From assembly GCA_964354935.1 (NCBI GenBank), contig CAYHBT010000002.1:19864-63509 (forward strand): DNA of 43,646 nucleotides. Direction: 5' to 3'. The stretch comes from an uncultured Candidatus Saccharibacteria bacterium. Lineage in GTDB: Bacteria > Patescibacteriota > Minisyncoccia > Phycocordibacterales > UBA9973. The translations under genes and the position numbers were made by a program. Every line of letters starts with the position of its first letter. Positions within the stretch are counted from its first letter, which is position 1. Below are positions 36,753 through 43,646 of this stretch, in pieces. The notes beneath the pieces were generated by a model. That model saw only the letters and a list, made by a program, of their open reading frames with translations, searched no databases and was not told where the DNA came from.

Positions 36753-39674
36753 TTAACTCATACTTTTTGAAAATTTGTGATAGATATCGTGCAATTTTTT
36801 GACAGTACTTTCTATTATTTTTTTACCACCATCTTCAACTATTACTTTTTCATCTTTCATTACTTTTCCTAACTTTGCATAGGAAACTCCTATGCATATT
36901 TTCTCAAAGACATTTATATTTTCCGGCGCGACAGAAACAAGAATTCTACCTTGGCTTTCGGAAAAGATCTTTGTCTCTACAGCCAGCGCCTTAGGCGCTG
37001 GCTGGCTTATATCTATTTTACAGCCGAGCATTCCGCCTAGAGATGCTTTCGCGAGAGCGATACCTAGACCGCCGGAAGTTACAGAAAGCGAAGAAGATAG
37101 TAATTCTTTTTGAATTAATTTTTCGAGTGCAAGATAAGTTTTCAGATTTTTTTCTAAATTTACTTTTGGAACACCATGTTCATCATTCGTTTCTCCCAGC
37201 AAATAAATTATATCATCTGCATTTTTAAATTCCGGCGAAACGGCTTTATTCAAATCAGGCATTACGCTGATTGCCGAGATAAGTAAAGTTGGCGGGATTG
37301 AAATTTCAACCGGATTGCCTTTTTCGTCATAGCCCTTAAAATCGTTGAACATACTGTCTTTTCCGGAGATAAACGGGGTTCCGTAGCCTACTGCATAGTC
37401 GTAGCAGGCTTTTACGGCTTCTACGAGTTGATATAAGCGTTTTGGGTCATTTGAGGAACACCAGCAGAAATTGTCTAAAATCGCTAAATGGGAAAGCGTA
37501 CCGCCCGCGGCGATTATATTTCTAATAGCGGTATCTAGCGCACAAGCCGCCATATGATATGTGCTAATGTCTCCGTAAGAAGGATAAAGCGCAGAAGATA
37601 AGACAACTGCTTTTTTTGAATTTAAAACCGGACGGAAAATTTGCGCATCGGTGTTTATGCGTCCAGCGCCGGAGAGAGGTTTCAAAACAGAAGACGCCTG
37701 CACTTCGTGATCGTATTGTTCGGAGACAAAAGCAAATCCAGAGATGTTTTTATTGGCGAGGAGGGTTTCTAAAGATTTTGTATACACTTTGCCTCTACCC
37801 AACCTCCTCCTACTGTAGGGGGAGGAGAAAGGAGGGGGTAAAATTTCCTCCGTTCTCAATTGTCTTTTCGGCAATCCATTGTGCAAAAATTCCATTTCCA
37901 TATCCATAATTTTTTTGCCACCGTATTCCAAAATAACTTTTCCGGAATTTGTGAATTCCCCGATTACCGTCGCTTCCACTCCGCGACTTTCCATAAGTTT
38001 TTGGAAAGTTTTCCATTTATTTTTTGGAACTGCCAAAGTCATTCGTTCCTGCGATTCGGAAATCCAAATTTCCCACGGCGCGAGACCGGGATATTTGAGC
38101 GGGACTTTGTCTAAAAAAACTTTCACTCCCCCACATTCTTTTGCCATTTCTGCGACCGACGAAGACAAACCACCAGCGCCATCGTCTGTGATGCTGTTGT
38201 ATAAATCTAATTCACGCGCTTCTTTAATTATTGCATCGCTTAATTTTTTCTGTGTTATCGGGTCTCCTATTTGGACTGCTGTGGCTGGAGAAGAGCTATC
38301 AAGTGTCACTGATGAAAAAGTCGCGCCGTGTATTCCATCTAGTCCGACTCTTCCTCCCACCATTACTACATAATCTCCCGCCCTAGCTTTCTTCTCGTGC
38401 ATTAATTTTCCCTTAACTTTGCGAGGTATTAATCCGACGGTTCCAGCAAAGACCAATGGCTTGCCACGATATCGTTCGTCGTATTTTATAAATCCGGAAA
38501 GTGTCGGAATTCCTGAACAGTTTCCACCAACATTGATGCCTTTAATGACTCCGTCCATAATTCTTTTCGAAGAGAGCATCTTCTCCGTTAAATTTTTATT
38601 TCTAAATAATTCTCTTTTATCATTTGGATAGCTAAGACAAAATCCGTATGCGTTCGCCACCGGTTTTGCGCCCAATCCAAAACCAATCGTGTCTCGATTC
38701 ACACCAACGATTCCAGTGATTGCTCCGCCAAAAGGGTCGAGCGCCGAAGGGCTGTTGTGCGTTTCGACTTTGTGTGTAATCAAATAATCTTCATCAAAAA
38801 TTATTCCACCGGCGTTGTCGGAAAAAACAGAAACACAGAAATCGCCGCCCCCGCCACGGCGGGCAAGTTTTTGTTTTCTTATTATATTTGTTGCCTCTTT
38901 TATATATGTTTTATACAAACCGTCCTTTATAACACCTGCCTGTTTCCCTGCGTCAGCAGGAGGCAGTTCAATCGGATTAGCAAAAATAGTGTGCTTGCAA
39001 TGTTCAGACCAAGTTTGCGCCAAAGACTCAAGTTCAATATCGGTGGGGTTTCTTTTCAACTTGGCAAAATACGCTTTTATGGCAAGCATAGAAGCCAAAT
39101 CAAGAGCGAGCGGGCCTCTCCTTTTGCCATCTTCACCCAGTATGCCTTCTGTGCCTATTTTAGTAAGTTCTTCATCTGAAACTTCAAGCGAAATATTTAT
39201 CACAGGAATTTTTTTCTTTAAAATTACTTTTGGAATGATATTTATAAATTCGAATTTTCCGTTTTTTGTTTTAACTATATTCGCTCTTTCAATAAGAGGA
39301 TTGTATAAGGTCAGAGCAAGCTCTTGCGTTTCTTTTAGTCCACCCGAAACAAAAAAAATCTTTGAAGTATATACTTCAAAATGGTCGTTCTTTTTAAGAT
39401 GTAGTAAATCTGTCGCTATCTCTTTGACCGTGTGTCCGACATTATCGGTGACTCCGGGCAAGAATCCTATTTCTATGGCATGAGAAAACCCGCCGACTGG
39501 GCGGGCAAGCTTCCCCAATTCCGGGTACTCGTTGATGTAATAATTTTCCAAAATGGGATTAGTGAGCGCTTCTGCTAATTTTACGAGCTCTTTTTCCGAG
39601 AATTTAGAATCAATGAGATAGGAATCTGCCTTTGCGCTATCATTTTTCGGTATTACAAATATCCGTGAAATCAT
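36753..39674 (-). CDS. purL: FGAM synthase II with extra N-terminal PurS-like domain
   Basis: 973 aa with WSEHCKHTIF and duplicated PurM-like halves. The first ~160 aa resemble the N-domain of large PurL / PurS. Carries at least four GC-rich hairpin inserts. Confidence 0.85.
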   Translation of the reverse strand: MISRIFVIPKNDSAKADSYLIDSKFSEKELVKLAEALTNPILENYYINEYPELGKLARPVGGFSHAIEIGFLPGVTDNVGHTVKEIATDLLHLKKNDHFEVYTSKIFFVSGGLKETQELALTLYNPLIERANIVKTKNGKFEFINIIPKVILKKKIPVINISLEVSDEELTKIGTEGILGEDGKRRGPLALDLASMLAIKAYFAKLKRNPTDIELESLAQTWSEHCKHTIFANPIELPPADAGKQAGVIKDGLYKTYIKEATNIIRKQKLARRGGGGDFCVSVFSDNAGGIIFDEDYLITHKVETHNSPSALDPFGGAITGIVGVNRDTIGFGLGAKPVANAYGFCLSYPNDKRELFRNKNLTEKMLSSKRIMDGVIKGINVGGNCSGIPTLSGFIKYDERYRGKPLVFAGTVGLIPRKVKGKLMHEKKARAGDYVVMVGGRVGLDGIHGATFSSVTLDSSSPATAVQIGDPITQKKLSDAIIKEARELDLYNSITDDGAGGLSSSVAEMAKECGGVKVFLDKVPLKYPGLAPWEIWISESQERMTLAVPKNKWKTFQKLMESRGVEATVIGEFTNSGKVILEYGGKKIMDMEMEFLHNGLPKRQLRTEEILPPPFSSPYSRRRLGRGKVYTKSLETLLANKNISGFAFVSEQYDHEVQASSVLKPLSGAGRINTDAQIFRPVLNSKKAVVLSSALYPSYGDISTYHMAACALDTAIRNIIAAGGTLSHLAILDNFCWCSSNDPKRLYQLVEAVKACYDYAVGYGTPFISGKDSMFNDFKGYDEKGNPVEISIPPTLLISAISVMPDLNKAVSPEFKNADDIIYLLGETNDEHGVPKVNLEKNLKTYLALEKLIQKELLSSSLSVTSGGLGIALAKASLGGMLGCKIDISQPAPKALAVETKIFSESQGRILVSVAPENINVFEKICIGVSYAKLGKVMKDEKVIVEDGGKKIIESTVKKLHDIYHKFSKSMS
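37796..37840. repeat. GC-rich nested hairpin in frame in purL (family C)
   Basis: TACCCAACCTCCTCCTACTGTAGGGGGAGGAGAAAGGAGGGGGTA. Stem CTCCTCCTAC/GTAGG(GG)GAGGAG. Encodes LPPPFSSPYSRRRLG. Confidence 0.65.
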
Positions 39675-39680
39675 ACAGAC

Positions 39681-39688
39681 ATATTATA
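39681..39688 (-). promoter_or_regulatory. -10-like box 6-8 nt before the purL ATG
   Basis: Minus strand reads TATAATAT, then acagac-complement, then ATG. That is TAATAT with a 6-nt spacer or TATAAT with an 8-nt spacer. Confidence 0.4.
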
Positions 39689-39730
39689 ATATATGCAGAT
39701 TAAAGACAAATCATAGGTTTTATTTAAATC

Positions 39731-40489
39731 TTAGAGATTTTTCCAATTGTATTCGAATATTAATTTTTGAGTTTGATAAATTTCCTCATTTTCTATTACA
39801 ATCCCGACCGGATTATCCGCGTTGTCGAGACTGATATGGGCCGTCTTTCCGGCGTAAATAATTTGATATGTTGATCGCAGATTTTCTTTTTTCTTTTTGT
39901 CTAACAATTGTATCCATTTTCTTTCATCAAGACCGATGAGGCTACCTCCTTCACCCAAAGCAATTGTCTTAACTTTAATTTTTCTTCGGATTCTTTTTTT
40001 ACTGAAATCTTTCATAGCCAAGTAGACATTTTTTCTAACAGTCGCCGAAGAGTAAACGAAGTAAGTTTTTTCTTTTACTTTATCCATACTCTTTAATACA
40101 TCTTCCAAAATGTGTCGAATGCCAATTGTACCCTCGTATAATTTGACTGAAGGTTTTCCTCCTTGTGTTTCAAATAGAGTTTTGAATAGAGGCAAGCTTT
40201 CCTCGATATCTTCCTTGTTTTTTTGCAAATCTTCTTGCTTCTTTTCTATGACAGCAAGTAAAGTCTCAGGTCGTTCGGCAATGAAATATTGTTTGGATTT
40301 CTTGTTGTAATAAGAAATAATTCCCATCTTAATCAAAGACTTCAAAATATCATATGTGGTGCCGCGATTCACTTTCGCTTTTTGCGATATCGTCCGCACC
40401 GAAGATGCTCCAAGCTCAATCAAAGCGAGATATACGGCGATTTCTTTTTCCGATAGACCAAAATTCTTAAGAATGACTTGAATCTGCAT
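39731..40489 (-). CDS. TrmB-family transcriptional regulator
   Basis: N-terminal winged HTH LSEKEIAVYLALIELGASSVRTISQKAKVNRGTTYDILKSLIKMGII, typical of TrmB-like regulators; 252 aa. Confidence 0.75.
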   Translation of the reverse strand: MQIQVILKNFGLSEKEIAVYLALIELGASSVRTISQKAKVNRGTTYDILKSLIKMGIISYYNKKSKQYFIAERPETLLAVIEKKQEDLQKNKEDIEESLPLFKTLFETQGGKPSVKLYEGTIGIRHILEDVLKSMDKVKEKTYFVYSSATVRKNVYLAMKDFSKKRIRRKIKVKTIALGEGGSLIGLDERKWIQLLDKKKKENLRSTYQIIYAGKTAHISLDNADNPVGIVIENEEIYQTQKLIFEYNWKNL

Positions 40490-40613
40490 ATTTCTATACT
40501 ATTCTTTTTTGAGCAATTTGTCAATTTTTCTCCTGCAATTTATTTATATTCTACAAATAACCTTTATTTATAGTATTTTAAGGCTTTTAATTAAAATTAA
40601 TTATCTGCAGTAT

Positions 40614-40642
40614 TTGACAAGATAATTGCATTAGCCTATGCT
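40614..40642 (+). promoter_or_regulatory. Sigma70-like promoter for the GC-rich ORF
   Basis: TTGACA (40614-40619), a 17-nt spacer, then TATGCT (40637-40642), about 47 nt upstream of the ATG at 40690. Confidence 0.45.
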
Positions 40643-40689
40643 GGTCTTGATTCAATCATTGAAAACAGAATAAATCAACAAAAACCACC

Positions 40690-41574
40690 ATGAAAACCAT
40701 TGTGTGGCAAAGGAAATCCAGGTATGCCCTGGTCACCTGCGTCAACAATGGCCGTGGTGTCGTTGTTGAGAAAGAAATTTCTCCCGAGAATGTAAATTCC
40801 GGGAACGCAGTTTGGGTAAATCAGACGAGTGTGTATTTCCGCCAAAAACTCCGAGAGCTCGGGGTCTTGCTGGCGGAGCCGTACACTTTTTCCGAACAGG
40901 AGGGCAAGGCGATACAGTGCTCTCCTTATGTCGGTTTGGATTTGGATGAAGTTTTTGATAAGGGTAAAGCAACGGCTGAAATCCTTAGAGAACTTCTCTC
41001 CACGATGGGTGGAGTCCTAAGTCAAAAGGAACGAGAGGTGGGTATTGATGCCCGTCTGTCCAACTTCTGTCTTGGGCCAGATTCTCGAGTGTACTATGTA
41101 GACACTTTCCCTCCGTTGGTGAAGTACGAGGGAGAGTTTATAGTACACTTTCCGAATCCGACGGAGCCGGAGATGGTCGAGCAAGAACTCAAACGCAAGT
41201 TTGATTCGCTCGGTATTCTCCGCCGGCTTCGTTTCAGCATCTTGGCGCAAGATGCTGGACTCAATGAGCAGCACATTCTTGCTGCTGTCGGCGAAGTTCT
41301 AGGAAAAAATTTCGGACAACAGGTCCGCAATTTTTTTCAGACACTTCCTGACAACAAGGAGGTTGGCGTCGCTCTTGCGGAGTTGACGCTCAGCGATCCC
41401 GACGCCATTCGGGAACTTGCCCTGCGGTTTATGCCGCCCAAGGGCGAGGTACGAGACAAATACTTCAGCGAAGTATTTGATCTAAGCAGTCATTTTTGTC
41501 CTCTAAAAATGACTGCTGGACAACGGATAGTTCGTTTGCGCGAACTGTTCGTGAGAAGAGGAATCATCGATTAG
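40690..41574 (+). CDS. GC-rich hypothetical protein, possibly an atypical kinase-like fold
   Basis: 294-aa ORF, visibly more GC-rich than its neighbours. GIDARLSNFCLGPDSRVYYVDTFPP resembles a D-x4-N catalytic loop followed by a metal-binding D. Pattern-level evidence only. Confidence 0.55.
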   Translation: MKTIVWQRKSRYALVTCVNNGRGVVVEKEISPENVNSGNAVWVNQTSVYFRQKLRELGVLLAEPYTFSEQEGKAIQCSPYVGLDLDEVFDKGKATAEILRELLSTMGGVLSQKEREVGIDARLSNFCLGPDSRVYYVDTFPPLVKYEGEFIVHFPNPTEPEMVEQELKRKFDSLGILRRLRFSILAQDAGLNEQHILAAVGEVLGKNFGQQVRNFFQTLPDNKEVGVALAELTLSDPDAIRELALRFMPPKGEVRDKYFSEVFDLSSHFCPLKMTAGQRIVRLRELFVRRGIID

Positions 41575-41607
41575 GAGGTACGGACTTTATGTCACGGCCT
41601 CCTTTTC

Positions 41608-42408
41608 TTATTTTTGGAGCTCAATAAATAACGGATAGTGATCTGAAGCCATATCAGCAACTTCATTTTTAAATACTTCTGCTTTTTTAAAATACTTAAT
41701 AATATTTTTTGTTAAGAAAGCATAATCAATTCTGATATTGGCCGAATGATTTGGATCTTTATTTGAAGGAGTCGGTGTGGTGGAGGCAAAAGGATGTTTT
41801 AAATAATTCATAGTATCAACTAAGCCTTCTGATTCAATTTTCTTAATCACATCAAAACGCAATTTTTCAGTGCCATATTTAATAATATTATTTTTTTTAA
41901 ATATTTGGAGAAGCTCTTTTTGATCATAGGGATCATTTGGCGATAAAGAATTAAAGTCCCCCATAATTATCGCTTCGGAAAATTTTGCGACATTTTGTAA
42001 TAATTCTCTTGTCTCCAGCAGTCTATCATCTTCAGATATAGGAGAAAGATGGACAAAAAAAATGCCAAAGTTTTTAAATAGACCATTTTCTATGGTTGCT
42101 TCAAGAATGACATGCCGAATTCCAGTTTTGATTGCTTTGATTGTGAAAGGAATTTTTGATAATACAGCAATATTATATTTTGAATTCGCTATTGCAATAT
42201 CAAAAAATTTATACCCTAAATCATTTGCGACCCCTTTTAATTTATCTTGTGAACCGACGGCTTCAAGAATTCCGCATATATCGGGATTAATTTTTTTTAT
42301 TACTGTCGAAATTTTATCCAATCGTTCCTCTCCCCCGTTTAAAATATTATAACTAGCTATGCGTAGTAAGTTTTCTTCTTTCTGTTCTGAGATCATACGA
42401 GAAATCAT
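41608..42408 (-). CDS. Endonuclease/exonuclease/phosphatase (EEP) family protein
   Basis: IASYNILNGG, ILEA, GDFNS and SDHYPL motifs in canonical order. Confidence 0.8.
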   Translation of the reverse strand: MISRMISEQKEENLLRIASYNILNGGEERLDKISTVIKKINPDICGILEAVGSQDKLKGVANDLGYKFFDIAIANSKYNIAVLSKIPFTIKAIKTGIRHVILEATIENGLFKNFGIFFVHLSPISEDDRLLETRELLQNVAKFSEAIIMGDFNSLSPNDPYDQKELLQIFKKNNIIKYGTEKLRFDVIKKIESEGLVDTMNYLKHPFASTTPTPSNKDPNHSANIRIDYAFLTKNIIKYFKKAEVFKNEVADMASDHYPLFIELQK

Positions 42409-42433
42409 AGCAAAATTTTAAAATTTAGGCTAC

Positions 42434-43522
42434 CTATTTTACCATAGTCGAAAGCGCTGGCTCAATTTCGGTCGGCACTATAGTGAAACGCAAACGGCCG
42501 ATAATCTGCCCTTCTTCTGTTTTGACATTGACTCGCCATTTTCCGGAAGTCATATTTGAACGCACTGAATAAGTGCGAAAACCGTTGTCTCTCCCTCCGA
42601 GCACCGGCAGATTCACGATACCCTCCGTCTTCCATTTCTTCTGTGCTTCATCATAGTGTTGCCATTCATGAAGGACCGTCAAATCAAGGCCTTTGGGAGA
42701 AAAAATGGCGCTAAACGCGTATACGGATTTTTGAGCCATTTTTTTGAAATCAGGATAAAATGAAAAATATTCCTTCCAACTTTTGTCTTCATAAGAAATG
42801 ACATAGCTCCCTTCCCCGTTTTTCTTTATGGAATGATAGATGCCCGCATCTTTGAGCGAAAGCGGAATCGGCGGAATCCAATTGGTGAAATAAAGCACAT
42901 TGACTAAGGTGAAAATAGTCAAAACTAAGAAAGTGATCAATTTCCTACTCTTTTCGAGTCTGTCTTTTATTAGTCGGAATAAAAGTTTTATGAAAAGAGA
43001 AATTAAAATCAAGCTGACTAATCCGGAAAACAAAAATATTTCCGGACCGATTTTACGCAAGATGACCGGTATCACAAAAATAGCAAACCAATATATGGAA
43101 AGGAAATACAAGCTGATCTGAAAGCTAAGTCTGATGTAATGCTTTTTTAGAAATTCATTTCCGATAAAAATTATCGCAAGGATTGCGATGAAAGGCCACG
43201 CCACAAAAATATCCGCGCTGCGGAAATATAAAACCAAAAATGCGGAAAAGACGCCACCAAAAGCAAATTGCAAAATGTTTACATACCAAAAATGCGCGCT
43301 GCTCGGATTCTTTTCTCCGCCTGCTTCGGTCTCTTTTAAGTGAATAAGTATTATGAAAAGTCCTATCACGAGCAGGTATCCCAAAATCCATAGATTCTCA
43401 AAGAGAGTGTCTGCGCGCCGAAGTGTAAAGACATCAAAAACGAACCCAAGAATCAGGGAAAAAGAAGAAATCGGCCGTTCATACCGGCCGTAGAAATTGC
43501 GAATATGGCGTACTAAAAACAT
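42434..43522 (-). CDS. Polytopic membrane protein with C-terminal beta-rich domain (DUF2914-like)
   Basis: About 7 TM segments, then LHEWQHYD...GGRDNGFRTYS...GKWRVNVKTEEGQIIGRLRF, recalled as DUF2914-like. Confidence 0.55.
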   Translation of the reverse strand: MFLVRHIRNFYGRYERPISSFSLILGFVFDVFTLRRADTLFENLWILGYLLVIGLFIILIHLKETEAGGEKNPSSAHFWYVNILQFAFGGVFSAFLVLYFRSADIFVAWPFIAILAIIFIGNEFLKKHYIRLSFQISLYFLSIYWFAIFVIPVILRKIGPEIFLFSGLVSLILISLFIKLLFRLIKDRLEKSRKLITFLVLTIFTLVNVLYFTNWIPPIPLSLKDAGIYHSIKKNGEGSYVISYEDKSWKEYFSFYPDFKKMAQKSVYAFSAIFSPKGLDLTVLHEWQHYDEAQKKWKTEGIVNLPVLGGRDNGFRTYSVRSNMTSGKWRVNVKTEEGQIIGRLRFTIVPTEIEPALSTMVK

Positions 43523-43528
43523 TTTTTA

Positions 43529-43537
43529 AGTATAACA
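43529..43537 (-). promoter_or_regulatory. Extended -10-like box 6 nt before the ATG of the DUF2914-like gene
   Basis: Minus strand TGTTATACT-taaaaa-ATG. Confidence 0.4.
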
Positions 43538-43646
43538 CTATTTATTTGTCTAATAACCATATCCCCTGCGCAAGGACTCTGCGCAAGAACGGTTCTTGCA
43601 CAGACTTGCACAGACAGATTGCACAGACTTTTTGGGCGTTCCATTT

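Overview
AT-rich bacterial chromosomal window with about 40 densely packed genes. Small SD-poor genes, many tiny membrane ORFs and a TrmB-type regulator suggest a Patescibacteria/CPR-like genome; this placement is inference. No rRNA, tRNA, CRISPR array or transposase was found. Left part (87-19745): pepN, scpA-scpB, a large Cys-rich protein, an M15 peptidase, mraY-ftsW-murG, gltX, an M23 peptidase, a Xer-type recombinase, rpmA, rplI, an S41 protease and PBP2. Centre (19755-39674): an essentially complete de novo purine pathway in two blocks. These are purB-purC-purM-purE-orf234-(GC island)-purH-guaA, divergent guaB-purA, and purL-(Cys-rich paralog)-purQ-purF-purN::purD headed by a TrmB-like regulator. 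Right part: a GC-rich, probably foreign, kinase-like ORF, an EEP nuclease/phosphatase and a DUF2914-like membrane protein. The most unusual signal is not a gene. Several families of short GC-rich palindromic elements sit in frame inside otherwise conserved genes (pepN, scpB, purH, purL, the purN-purD junction). One family shows compensatory stem changes between its two copies. Other points of interest: two divergent paralogs of a ~580-aa Cys-rich zinc-ribbon protein, one bracketed by a duplicated 22-bp palindrome between purL and purQ. A GC-rich island lies inside the pur operon, with a PII-like mini-ORF, stacked hairpins and a terminator whose loop is a perfect complement of the 16S 3-prime tail. 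An uncharacterised 234-aa protein sits next to a class-I purE, with no purK in view. There is also a pervasive -10 box placed 6-9 nt before the start codon, suggesting leaderless transcripts.
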